Assembly (NCBI RefSeq): GCF_006345805.1
Contig: NC_043002.1
Coordinates: 4,340,001 to 4,404,000 of the forward strand
Direction of reading: 5' to 3'
From: Octopus sinensis
Lineage: Eukaryota
DNA length: 64,000 bases
Translations under genes and position numbers: made by a program
Shown here: positions 25,186 to 37,728 of the stretch, one piece after another
Layout of the letters: the number at the start of each line of letters is the position of its first letter
Numbering within the stretch: position 1 is the first letter of the stretch
Notes under the pieces: generated by a model
Seen by the model: the letters and a program-made list of their open reading frames with translations, nothing else
Told to the model about the DNA's origin: nothing
The model's database searches: none

Positions 25186-26299
25186 TGAATGTATGCATGT
25201 ATGTATGTATGTATGTATGTATGTATGTATGTATGTATGTATGTATGTATGTATGTATGTGTGTATGTATGTATGTGCAAGCATTAATATCTGTATTTGT
25301 ATGTATAAGAGTTTATATATTTATTTATTTATTTATTTACTTATTTATTTATTGGCAAGAACATGTTTTGCAATCCATTTATATTTTCTCTGGCTAGTTT
25401 TATTTCTGTACTTATACGCACATGTTGGGAGAGTATTTATGTGTTTGTCAGAGAAATTATTTGCAAACATAAATGTGTGTGTGTGTGTGTGTGTGTGTGT
25501 GTTGTGTGTGTAAGAGTGTATGTATGCGCATGAGTAAGTTTGTGGGGGAATATTACTGTATAAAGTTATTTGGCACGTGGCTTCATTGAAACACTACTCC
25601 AATGTAGAAAAACAGAAGAATATACGAAAAATATATGGAAAATGGAAACAGACAGACACCCTGTTTGTACCCCTATCCAAGACTATTTACCCATATACAA
25701 CCAGGTCAGAAGGCGAGACTTAAATTCGGATATTTTCTCTTTTCTTTCTAATTTATTTTTTTCCTCGTGCGCCGTCGCACTGAGATTCTTCCTTTTTTAA
25801 TTGGCGAGTCGTATACAACTTGCTAAACTTAGATAACAATAAACATGATATTAAATAGATCTTTGGCCCTAACGCACGCCGTAACTCTTGGCTCAGAAAA
25901 TTCTGAAGGTCGACAATACGCCAATATTCTCAAAACAATTCTAGTTCTTAATAGCCAGAAGAATTTCATCAGTAGTTAATTTAAAATGACCTCTGACATA
26001 CTTTTGGCGGATTAACTTCGGCTAATATTTATTAAAGCAGCTTATTCAATGATATATTAGCATGTGTAATTCAATTTATATAGAGGAAGAATTGTTTTAT
26101 TTCCGCTATATTTTTATATTGATGTTGCTGCGGCTGCTACCTATGTTTGCCTTGTTCAAATATAGATACCATTCCACGCGTTCTAGACATGGCCATTCCA
26201 CCTTTTATGACACATATAACATTATTCAAAATGTCCTTTTTAAGAGGAAATGTATGTGTGTGTGTTTGTGTGTGTGTTTGTGTGTGTGCGCGCGTGTGT

Positions 26300-26331
<32 letters not shown>

Positions 26332-26340
26332 ATTATGTGT

Positions 26341-26570
26341 TCTTTTATTCTTTCGTTTGTTTAAGCCATTTGACTGCGGCCATGTTGGGGCACCGCCTTT
26401 AGTTGAGCAAATCGACACGAGGACTTATTCTATCGGGCTTATTTGCCGAACCGCTGAGTCACGGGGACGTAAACACACCGGCATCTGTTGTCAAGCGATG
26501 GGGGTATAAACACAGACACACAAACACATATATATACATATACATACATAAACATAATACACACACACAC

Positions 26571-26601
<31 letters not shown>

Positions 26602-26632
26602 CGACGGGCATCTTTCAGTTTCCGTCTACCAT
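26341..26632 (-). mobile_element. SINE family A, lacking its 5' head
   Basis: Tail, body and microsatellite present; stops at TTTCCGTCTACCA. Confidence 0.85.
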
Positions 26633-27030
26633 TTTTTTCCTTGTTTTTACCCCTCTGCGAAGGAATTTTATTTAATTCTTTCGCAAGAAGGGCTAGTTCG
26701 ACGAGTCGTGTTCTGTCCTCACCTTCGAAACACGCATGGAGTCGTACTAGGGACAGCTGATGAAGGGGAATTTTCCTTGTGTTGTTTGTCTTGTACTCTG
26801 TTTTTTCGTTGTTAAAAAAAGGTCCGTTTCCATGTTTGTTTTTACGTTTTCGTTTCTCATTGAGTTCTACGTCTATTTGTGGTGTCCTGTACTCAAGTAT
26901 ATATATTTATATATGCATGTATATATACATGTAGATATAGGTACGTACATATATGTATGTATGCATATATTTTATTTATTACACTATTATATATATATAT
27001 ATATTTACACACACGCACATACACAACACA

Positions 27031-27079
<49 letters not shown>

Positions 27080-27780
27080 TATATATACATATACATATAT
27101 GTGTTGTGTATGCACGTGTGTGTAAATATATATATATATATATATATATATTGACGAGACTAAGGAAAGTCGAAACCTAGTGATCTGATAGTCTCGGTGC
27201 TGGAGGTGATGGGGATTTCACTCCCTGCTGTTAGTATAAGCATGAGTGCATTTTGCACCAAAAGCCAATATGAGAGTTTCTCTCGTGGTATTTACTGCAG
27301 TATTGTTTGTTCTAACAGAACATCCATGTTTAAGTGGGGATAAATATTACCTCTCGGTATTGATACTGCCTCTATCGTTAATATATACATATATAAACAC
27401 ATACATATGTGTATCTGTGAGAAACGGAAGATGGAATTCAGGAGGTTCTTTATTAAACACAGTAATCGATTCGACTCATCTTGTATCGATGTCTAGGAAA
27501 TCGATTTCTCTATAAATTAAAATGAATCTATTTAATCAACTTCAAAATAGAAAAGAACGTGTCCGACAGAAAGTGAAAATAACTTAGTACGAATGAACAA
27601 AAAAAAAACAGCAAATTGGCAGAATCGTTAGGAGGCCGGACGAAATGCCACTAAGCATTTTGTCCGACAGAAGATGATATCCAGTGCTACGACAGTGCCC
27701 ATACACACACATACATACACACAAACAAACAAACAAACACGTACACAGAATGATCGTGTTTATTTTTTATCCTTTAGCAT

Positions 27781-27960
27781 TTATTTATTTTAGCCATTGA
27801 ACTGCGACCATGCTGGAGCACTGCCCTGGTACTTATTCTAAGAATAAGTACCAGGCTTAGAAAAAATAAGTCTTGGGGTCGATTTGTTCGACTAGAACCC
27901 TTCAAGGTGGTGATCCAATATGACCGCAGTCTAATGACTGAAACAAGTAAAAGATAAAGA
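27781..27960. mobile_element. Two SINE family A 3' fragments joined back-to-back (fold-back)
   Basis: CTGGTACTTATTCTA|AGAATAAGTACCAGG junction; tail in minus orientation on the left and plus on the right. Confidence 0.7.
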
Positions 27961-29099
27961 AAAAAAAAGACAAATAATGAGTAATAATGATTTCGACCTT
28001 TTCCTCTTACAAGCTCATATTTTCTCGCAGCCGAGCAGAGAATGGAAGGTAATGAGCTGAGTTTTAAAACACAAAGAAAGGAAAGTAAGGAAACAGCCGA
28101 ATAGTCTTACCAATTCTTCCGTAAGAACTAAAAATTAGTGTACAAAAGAGATACGGATGTGAATGAGACGGTTTGATAGATCTTGAAGTAATGGCTGCTG
28201 GAGATGATATCTTTATATATAAATAACAAGCTGCGAATCAATGAGAGGAAGCGGCATGTGGGCGCTCGATCTACTAGATATAGCAACTAAATCTTCCTAA
28301 AACGAGGCGTAATTATCTTACAGGTAAAAGGATTCACCTGATAATCATGGTCGTCCTAAATACACTACTTCTGAACAAAAATTGATAGCATGAACATGGG
28401 CACTGGAACGTCCATAATTATAAGTCTACATAATGAGGGTTCACTTGAAGCTAAGCGACGACATTTATTAGTGAACTGAAGCCAAAATAAGTAACACTAT
28501 CCTTCGCTAAGGAGGTTTAATAATACCGAAACAAGTCCGGATTATTCATCGTAGCTATCAAAGACCAGACCCACTCTACACTGCAAACCCTCCCATTCAA
28601 ACTTTTTCAAAACCTTCCATTCAAGTTTGATTTCGATGTTATCTCCTTTGCTCTTCTTCATAAAAATTATCAATACTGCTAGTAAATCTTATTTTCACTT
28701 CATTTCACTTCCATTATCAGATGAGTGGAAAAGCTTTCTCTTTATTAAGTATGTTATCTACCAGTTAACTATGCAGAACCAGTTTGATCTTTTTAACAGT
28801 AGTAACTCAGTGTAAAATCGTTAGTAATATAGTTGTGAGGAAAACATCTAAACAACATAGAAAGTGCTGAATACATTCAGCGCCGTTGCCGTAAATATCT
28901 ACTTTAATATGTTCATTGTTTTTATTGATTAGACAACATACTCACCTATAAAAACCGTTGGATTTATGTACGTAGGTATGTCCATATGCATGTATGTACA
29001 TGCTTCTGTGTGTGTGTGTGTGTGCATGTATTAAGGCAAACATGCATACACGTTACATGCACATGAATGCGTACGCATACATAGATGCATATATATATA

Positions 29100-29147
<48 letters not shown>

Positions 29148-30762
29148 GCACATACACAAACACACACACATGATATAAGCGTCCACATATTCATAGACAT
29201 ATATATATAGGTATGTGCATATATATATTATGTATCTACGTATGTATGTATGTATGTATGTATGTATGTATGTATGTATGTATGCATGTATGTATGTATG
29301 CATGCATGTATACATATATATGCTTACACACGCTGATATGCATACATACACGCATGCGATATTTAGCGAGGTTTCTGCTTGGTCAAACAGTAAACCGTGT
29401 AAGAGTGTACGTCCTTCACGCTCCAATGAACTCAGAGACCATCAATAAGATACTGGTCGGTTGTCTTGTCCAACATGGGTTTTGATAGATGAAGAAAACA
29501 AGATATAAAACAGTAAGAAAAACATGAAGGCTTCAGAGAAGATGGTCGGGGATGCGATGAACGTAACGAAAACAAAAGCAACAACAATAGTAACGATATA
29601 AAAGGGAAAAAATTCCTTTCGAAAACATGGACGCTAAAGCTTAGTGGTGCGGCGGATTGGAGCGGGGGCGGCGCTGCGGTGTGGGTTGGGGTGGGAGTAC
29701 GGGGGTTGGGGCAGTCGGTTGTGGTTTTTGTTGTTCAGTTTGTTGTTAATTCTTTTATGTCTGCTTGTTGTTCATGTTGTTGTTTAAGGAGGGATCGGTT
29801 GTCATTGATGCTGTTGATGATGATGATGGGTGGGAGGAGGAGGAGGAGGAGGAGGGGACCAGTGGGAGCAGCAGGAGCAGCAGGAGGTGGCGACGATATT
29901 GATGATGATGTTGAGGATGGTTATGATGATGATGACGACGACGATGTTGATGATGATGGTAGTGGTGGTAGTGGTATTAGTGGTAGTGATGTTAAGTGAT
30001 AGTGGATGCGGTGATGGTGGTGTTGCTGGTGTTGCTGGTGGTGTTGGTGCTGGTGGTTGTGGTGGTGATGGTGGTGGTGTTGGTGGTGATCATGGTGGTA
30101 GTGGTGGGGAAGACGATGATGATGATGATGAATACGATTATGTGAGGCAATGGCATCGGCGACGAAGATGTCCGGGACAAGCAGTAGGAACAGGAACAAC
30201 ATAAAGATGAGGATATGGAGGAGGAGGAGGAGGTGGAGGAGGAAGAGAATCAGGGGGAGGGGGATTGTCATGAGGAATCTGTTTTGGATGATGGTTGTCT
30301 TTAGTTTTGTTTATACAATGTGGATGATGATGACGATGATGATGATGATAGTGGTGGTGGTCCTGGTGCTGTTTGGTATTTAGATGTATTGGACATCAAC
30401 CATCCGAGATAGCAGTTGTGGCGGGGTTTGCAGAGTTAATAATACTTGTAGAAAGTAGATTTGGTAGTTGCAGTCAAAATTGTTGTTTGGTTGGCTGGTT
30501 GGGTGGGTGGTTGTTTTGTTTGTTGGCTGGGTGGGTGGTTGGTTGGCTGCCTGGTTGGCTGGTTGGTTGATTGGTTGCTGCTGGGTGGCTGGTTGGTTGT
30601 TTTATTTGTTGGTTGGGTGTGTTGTTGGCTGGTTGGTTGGTTGATTGGTTAGTTGGTTGGGTGGGTGGATGGGTGGGTGTATGGTTGGTTGGTTGCTTGA
30701 TTGGTTGGATGGTTGATTGGTTGTTGCTGGTTGGCTGGCTGGCTGGCTGGTTAATTATGTGG

Positions 30763-30842
<80 letters not shown>

Positions 30843-30848
<6 letters not shown>

Positions 30849-31031
30849 GAGTTAACGCAGGTGTAATCAAATATTTTTACTAGAATAAATGGTATAAACA
30901 ATGCAATCTTCTCCTAACAGGAGAAGATTGCATTGTTTATACCATTTATTCTTTTGAATAGTATCAGTGGAATTTTCGAAACATGTGTCGAAAGTAAAAA
31001 TATTTGATTACACCTGCGTTAACTCCATTTT
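30843..31031. repeat. Nested perfect inverted repeats (39-bp outer arms, 34-bp inner hairpin) with hammerhead 3' half
   Basis: Outer arms 30843-30881 and 30993-31031; inner arms 30882-30915 and 30919-30952; GAAACATGTGTC at 30978-30989. Confidence 0.9.
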
Positions 31032-31190
31032 TTATTCATATTATTCAAAATATTCAACGTAAACACGAAGTTTCTACCTTTATAAACAAGGAGTTACAAC
31101 ACCTTACTTGTGAGATTTTTGCTGCCCTGGTAACTATTTATTTATTTTTCCGTGTTAACTGTTAACAAGGTAAAAATGCACTCATCTATG

Positions 31191-31219
<29 letters not shown>

Positions 31220-31222
<3 letters not shown>

Positions 31223-31366
31223 CGACGGGCTCGTTTCTATTTCTTTCGGCCAAATCCACTCACAAGGCTTTAGTCGGCCCGACGCTATAGTGGAAGACAC
31301 TTGGCCGAGGCGTCGCGCAACGGGACTGAACTCGGAACCATGTGGTTGGGAAGCAAGCTTCTTTAG
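31220..31366 (-). mobile_element. SINE family A, 5' half
   Basis: CGGGACTGAACTCGGAACCATGTGGTTGG = reverse complement of the B-box region. Confidence 0.8.
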
Positions 31367-31479
31367 GACAGACAAACATAAAAGGGTGAAGAAGCTTTGT
31401 CGATTAAAAGTTCTGTTTTAAATGAACAGTGAAATGCAATTAAAAATTGTGATTACAATGAAAATTATAATCCGATGAT

Positions 31480-32600
31480 TTCACATTGCCACATGCAATG
31501 TGTCTCCTGAAAGAAAGGCACCCGACCACCAGGGTAGAACCTTTGCTTTTCTTCCGGGGCTCCACTTACCTGGTGTCACTCACTCCCAGCTTTCTTGCCA
31601 CAAGCTTCCATCTTTTATCGAATCTCTCTCTTGACAGGTACCTCTTCTCCAGTCTGATTTTACTGCTGAAGTGGTAACTAAAAAAGTTGACCAACCCCTG
31701 GCCACATACTTTTTAGTATGGCTACTACGCAGAAAAAGTAAACCTTCCTCTCCCTGTTAAGGGAAGGGGGCGGCACAATCTTGATGATAGACTCAGCCGA
31801 TAGCTGTACTTTTCCCATCGATGACAACAGTTGTCCTGCGAAAGCTATCAGTCCCGTTAATTCCGGACACTCTACAAATGTGTGCAAGACGGTTTCCGTG
31901 TCCTGCTCGTACCTCGGACATGTCGGCGAGACGGCGCTTTCGTGCCTTGACAGTTTATCGCGAACAGGTAACGCCACACGGAAGCACTGCCAAGCCAGGA
32001 ATTTCTAGTAATTATCTCCCTGCACCAGAAAATTTCCTCACCCTCTCTAAGGAGTAGCGTATAAAGTGGAGATTGTCGTGGATCGACCTGCCCGGGATAG
32101 CGTACGTTTGCGTTTCCGCCACAAGTCTGTCCACGACCCGCGCCAACCTTTTCGCTAGCACCTTGGCCAAAATCTTTAACTCTGTGTTCAACAGAGTTAT
32201 GGGCCTGAAATTTCCTATTTCGTACCCCTTCCCGATCAACGTCACCAACCCTCGACTCGCAGACTTGGAAATTCTCCCATTCTGCTGCCAATTGGCGTAG
32301 ACGCTGGCCAGTAGGTGTCCGAACAAGTCTGGCATACTTTTTTTTAAATTCATAGGATAGACCATCGAGACCCGGCGACATCTCCCCAGGGCATACGCCT
32401 AGTACCTCGATCACCTCCTCGGCTGTGATTGGCTTTTCACAGCACTCAGTCTCTCGTGCCGACAGACAGGAAGTCCCTAAGGACCTCACCATGATCCAGC
32501 GCCCCGCCCCTCCCGAAGAACTCGGCGAAGTGCTTGTAAAGTGCACCCCTCATGTTTGACTTTGACGTGACGGTCCAATGCCGTTCTCGCTGCCAGAATA
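31480..32600 (-). mobile_element. Tx1/L1-clade LINE fragment with large internal deletion
   Basis: SPGLDGL, NFRPITLLNTELKILAKVLAKRL, QTYAIPGRSIHDNL (RT N-terminal domains) followed directly by LAWQCFRVALPVRDKL and ETVLHTFVEC (C-terminal region). Confidence 0.9.
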
Positions 32601-32659
32601 TGGATGCAGAGCCAACCTCAACGCCTCTTCTAAGTCTTTAACTAGCTGCCCTTCTATTC

Positions 32660-32777
32660 TAGCGTTATCTAAAAGAAATAGAAAAACTTTCAAAATACAA
32701 AGACCTGGAAATAGAGGTAACTCGAATGTGGAATCTAAAAACAGAAACAATTCCTATCATAGTGGGTGCATTAGGTA

Positions 32778-32780
<3 letters not shown>
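32660..32780 (+). mobile_element. R4/Dong-clade RLE fragment
   Basis: KEIEKLSKYKDLEIEVTRMWNLKTETIPIIVGALG, followed by (TTA)n. Confidence 0.8.
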
Positions 32781-32844
<64 letters not shown>

Positions 32845-32845
<1 letters not shown>

Positions 32846-33026
32846 CATCATCATCATCATTAATATTAGGCCCTGTGCCCTTCTATTCTATTATTAATAT
32901 TTTGTTTGTAGTAGTAGTGGTAGTTGTAGTAGTAGTAGTAGCAGTAGCAGCAGCAGCAGTAGTAGTAGTAGTAGTAGTAGTAGTAGCAGCAGCAGCGGCG
33001 GCAGCAGCAGCAGCAGCAGTAGTAGC

Positions 33027-33063
<37 letters not shown>

Positions 33064-33894
33064 TTTCTTGTTTTTGTTCTGGTTCTTGTTGTCCTCGTCA
33101 CCTTTGTAAATAGTAAATAACTGCATTAGAACTTGAAAATTAGTCGCCAACATTTGGAGTCTTTCAATCACCCAGCCACCCGGCCGAACCATCACAAAGC
33201 GTCACCGTTTCCAATTGACATTGACATAGTTAATTCCTTAAATAAATCCACTTCTCTTGATAAGCTTTTCTATTTCCTCTATATTCTCAGCTAATTTTTT
33301 TTGCATCCTTGCTGTCATTCACCAACCTTTTGTTCGCGCACCTCTCGAAGCAAAACTATAAAGATAAATACATCATCATCATCATTAATATTAGGCCCTG
33401 TGCCCTTCTATTCTATTATTAATATTTTGTTTGTAGTAGTAGTGGTAGTTGTAGTAGTAGTAGTAGCAGTAGCAGCAGCAGCAGTAGTAGTAGTAGTAGT
33501 AGTAGTAGTAGCAGCAGCGGCGGCAGCAGCAGCAGCAGCAGCAGTAGTAGCAGTAGTAGTAGTAGTGTAGTAGTAGTAGTAGTAGTATTTCTTGTTTTTG
33601 TTCTGGTTCTTGTTGTCCTCGTCACCTTTGTAAATAGTAAATAACTGCATTAGAACTTGAAAATTAGTCGCCAACATTTGGAGTCTTTCAATCACCCAGC
33701 CACCCGGCCGAACCATCACAAAGCGTCACCGTTTCCAATTGACATTGACATAGTTAATTCCTTAAATAAATCCACTTCTCTTGATAAGCTTTTCTATTTC
33801 CTCTATATTCTCAGCTAATTTTTTTTGCATCCTTGCTGTCATTCACCAACCTTTTGTTCGCGCACCTCTCGAAGCAAAACTATAAAGATAAATA
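32845..33894. repeat. Near-identical tandem duplication, unit about 525 bp
   Basis: TAATATTAGGCCCTGTGCC at 32861 and 33386; units differ mainly in the (TAG/CAG)n tract. Confidence 0.95.
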
Positions 33895-33920
33895 ACATCA
33901 TCATCATCATCATCATCATC

Positions 33921-34163
33921 AGCTTGACCGAAGAGGAAGGTGTCTTTCCTCAATCCTTTCGGCCTCGTCCACAACACAACTTATTTCGCCATTGCCACTG
34001 GACAGAGAAGCACCGCCTGTCCTGCCTTGTTAAAGATATTGTTCAACATAACTCTACAATACTCGGACAGTGCACAAGTGAGTGCAGAACGGTTTCGTTG
34101 CTCTGTACACATCTCGGACAGTTCCTCCTAACAGCGCTTCCGTGCTTGTAGAGTTTCTCACAA
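33921..34163 (-). mobile_element. Tx1/L1-clade LINE C-terminal fragment
   Basis: EKLYKHGSAVRRNCPRCVQSNETVLHSLVHCPSI..CPVAMAK*VVLWTRPKGL..TFLFGQ, homologous to the copies at 2.3-2.7 kb and 31.7-32.0 kb. Confidence 0.8.
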
Positions 34164-34167
34164 ACTT

Positions 34168-34581
34168 ATTTCTTTATTGCCCACAAGGGGCTAAACATAG
34201 AGGGGACAAACAATGACAGACAAAGGGGTTAAATCGATTACATCGACCCCAATGTGTAACTGGTACTTATTTAATCGACCCCGAAAGGATGAAAGGCAAA
34301 GTCGACCTCGGTGGAATTTGAACTCAGAACGTAACGGCAGACGAAATACCTATTTCTTTACTACTCACAAGGGGCTAAACACAGAGAGGACAAACAAGGA
34401 CAGACAAACGGATTAAGTCGATTATATCGATCCCTGTGCGTAACTGGTACTTATTTAATCGAGCCCGAAAGGATGAAAGGCAAACCAACCTCGGCGAAAT
34501 TTGAACTCAGAACGTAGCGGCAGACGAAATACCGCTAAGCATTTCGCCCGGCGTGCTAACGATTCTGCCAGCTCGCCGTCC
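34168..34581 (-). mobile_element. SINE family B dimer (one head plus two body units)
   Basis: Junction ACGAAATACCTATTTCTTTA at 34341-34360; period 183 bp. Confidence 0.9.
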
Positions 34582-35383
34582 TTGGTTAGACTTAAAATGA
34601 AAACAGACATACGAATCAAAGTTGATAAAAGAAAGGACAGAAGATCGATCTTCGGTGCATGCACACACACACATCACCACCACCACCACTACCACCACCC
34701 TTATACATATGCACAATGGGGCTGCAGCGAGGAGAGGTGTCTTGCCGCAGAAACAATTTCAGCCTTCTGGGACAAAAGACAGCATCTTCGAATCAAATGA
34801 TCCATTGTTATGGAGTTTCGAGTGTTCTAGATGTTAAAATTGCCAAAATCGAAGGTGCAAATTGGAACGATGGGCCTACTTAAGGTTTCTGTTAAATTTC
34901 ATTATATAGACGAAATAAAAGTAGGGAAAAATAGGGGAAAATATAAAGGGGACAGAAAATATACGGACTTCATTGTTTCATTCAAAGCATAAAAGACCTT
35001 ACAATAAGAAATGCAGTACAATACAACCAACATGCATTTGTAAATATTTGCATATATCACGTATAGAAAATGCATTTAGCTGCACTCGGCGAGTGCATAT
35101 GTAAATATAACGAGTGCAAATATCTGTGCAGATAAAATATTTAAATACGCAACGCTGAATGCATATATATGCACGTGGTCACATGCACATACATCAAATA
35201 TGCATGTGATGTGTATACATATATACATACATAAATACATATATGCATATGCATGTATCTATATATCTGTATCTTTCTCGCTCTCTCTCTCTCTCTCTCT
35301 CTCGATATATATATATATATATATATAATATATATATGTATATGTATATGTATATATATATTATACATAAACGCACACACACA

Positions 35384-35429
<46 letters not shown>

Positions 35430-35495
35430 TAAGCACATAAATGTGAAACAAGGTGGAAAAAATAGTACCCGAATACCAAAAGGTAGAGTAATATA

Positions 35496-35610
35496 CTTTT
35501 TCATTACAGCTACAAAGACATAAAAAAAACTGCTTCCGTTCGTCGGACAGTTGTGATCAAGACTCTGTGTCACAGGTTTTTGTAATGTTTTTGCAGCTTT
35601 AATAAAAAAA
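35496..35610. repeat. Imperfect fold-back (about 37-bp arms) enclosing hammerhead half-motifs on opposite strands
   Basis: Minus ACTGT CCGACGA ACGG (35537-35551); plus ACTCTGTGTC ACAG (35562-35575). Confidence 0.5.
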
Positions 35611-35670
35611 AGAATGCATATATATATATATATATATATACATACATACATACATACATTTATAATACAT

Positions 35671-35836
35671 TTCTTTTACTTGTTAGAGTCATTTGACTAC
35701 GACCATGCTGGGGCACCGCATTAAATGGTTTTTAATCGAACAAATTGACCCCAGAACTTTTTTTTTAACGTACCACCACCGGTGTCACGTGGTGGGGGGG
35801 ACAAACACAGAGACTCAAACGCTCATAGGTATATAC

Positions 35837-35924
<88 letters not shown>

Positions 35925-36229
35925 TATTATGTCCTGTTATTATTATCATTATTGTTTTTTATTTATCTATATTCGTATTATTTTTTGTGTTTGTGTTCGT
36001 GTAAAATCGTCCGTTTTTCTGTCCTTGTTTCGTACACATTCGACCCTTTTCCCGAGGAATCTGGTGCTCTTGGCTTGATTTTTCCTTGGAGCCGGCCGGG
36101 TTGGAGCGGTCCCGGGATTGGTCAGCCGAGGTTGCGAGGATGATCCGGTTCTTGACTCGGGATTGAAGGCTTCGTCCGTGTTTTTTGTGTCGTCTATTTG
36201 GATGTTTTGCGTTCTTGTTCCAATTGTAT

Positions 36230-36279
<50 letters not shown>

Positions 36280-36327
36280 CAATGGGCTTCTTTCAGTTTC
36301 CGTCTACCAAATCCACTCACAAGGCTT
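35671..36327 (-). mobile_element. SINE family A split by a 310-bp insertion inside its microsatellite
   Basis: Tail at 35671-35820, upstream part at 36283-36327; the insert is flanked on both sides by (TA)n(GA)n. Confidence 0.7.
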
Positions 36328-36351
36328 ATATATATATATAATGGTCTTTCC

Positions 36352-36633
36352 CGTCGTTAGACGTCGCATGAGGTTTCGACAATGTCTTACCGAACAACCG
36401 CACAGATGATTTGTTTATAGCGATCAAACGTTTGTGTAAACATAAGCTCACTCCCTTCATCAGATTGACATTACCTGTACAGGTGTAACTGGGTGCTACA
36501 TGTCAGATGTGGAAATGATCGCAGAGTAACGTGAAATGAAGTGCTTTGCTCAAGAAAACAACGCAACGCCCGGTCTGGGAATCGAACCCCCGATCTCGCA
36601 ACCGTGACTGCAACACCCTAACCACTAAGCCAT
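36352..36633 (-). mobile_element. tRNA-derived SINE (C-like head, different body)
   Basis: Minus GGCTTAGTGGTTAGGG...GGTTCGATTCCCAGACCGGGCGTTG...TTGAGCAAAGCACTT. Confidence 0.75.
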
Positions 36634-37060
36634 ATATGGCAATTACAAAGAATACGGAGACTGGTACATCAACAAATTTCTCTTCAAATTTAACAGTTTA
36701 ACAAATACAACATAATGAGTTAAATTGACCGACACGTGTTTCTGAGAGCTGGAGAGGGAGAGAGGGAGATGAATGTGTGTGTTTCATCGGTGGAGTATTT
36801 ACAAGGAAATCTGACAGCGTCGTGCTGGGTGATTTAAGGAGTAAGCTACGATTTGACCAACATACCTATTGCTCAAAATGCAAAGCCAAAAATTAGTGGA
36901 TATTAGTGGAACGTATTTCTGTCACAAGTTTGCGCTTAAGGCACAACTGGCGAAAATTCATAAAATTAATAAAATTGTAATCCATACTGGATTTTAGACA
37001 TATTTTCAGGCCTTTATTCAGTCAATTCTCGTTACGTTTTATGGTATTAAGGACACTTAA

Positions 37061-37291
37061 GGAGGAGAGCTGGCAGAAACGTTAGCAAGTCGGGCGAAAG
37101 GCTTAGCGGTATTTCGTCTGCCACTACGTTCTGAGTTCAAATTCCGCCGAGGTCGACTTTGCCTTTCATCCTTTCGGGGACGATAAACTAAGTACCATTT
37201 AAGCACTGGAGTCGATGTAATCGACTTAATCCGTCTGTCTGTCCTTGTTTGTCCCCTCTCTGTTTAGCCCCTTGTGGGTAGTAAAGAAATA
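37061..37291 (+). mobile_element. SINE family B monomer with 18-bp TSD
   Basis: GGTATTAAGGACACTTAA at 37043-37060 and 37292-37309. Confidence 0.92.
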
Positions 37292-37472
37292 GGTATTAAG
37301 GACACTTAATTCTTTTCTTATACATACAGTCATTATACATACAGTCTATTTATGTAATCCTTATGCCTTCTCAAATTTATATAACATTATTCACGTAGAT
37401 CAGTGGTTCTCGACTGGGGTTCGTATGACCCTGGTGGGTCCTTGTAAGATTTTGTTGATAAAATAATTTCTG

Positions 37473-37642
37473 AGCATTATTTACATTATTTACATTCAAC
37501 GGATATTTGTCCTCATCTTGTTTGTTGTTAACACAACTTTTCGGCTGATATACCCTCCAGCCTTCTTCAGGTGTCTTGGGGATATTTCGAACCCGGGTTC
37601 TCATTCCTAAGGTATTTTCGATGTTGTTGTTATTATTATTAC

Positions 37643-37728
<86 letters not shown>

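Noticed and set aside
26713-26770. GAAAC..GTC followed by CTGATGA (type II hammerhead permutation)
   Set aside because: Both half-cores are present but stem I does not form and stem II would be G-C, G-U, G-U, G-C only; cannot support without a family alignment.
29679-30855. Gly/Asp/His-rich and GWLV-repeat ORFs
   Set aside because: (GGT)n, (GAT)n and (GGTT)n microsatellites.
33291-33361. Possible terminal exon ANFFCILAVIHQPFVRAPLEAKL* ending in a PTS1-like AKL
   Set aside because: The acceptor is plausible, but it lies in the duplicated block, has no recognisable homolog and a short open frame is expected by chance.
36135-36180. Hammerhead-like CGGACGA-AGCC..AGTC-AAGA-ACCGGATC on minus strand
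   Set aside because: Too many core mismatches and no stem I.
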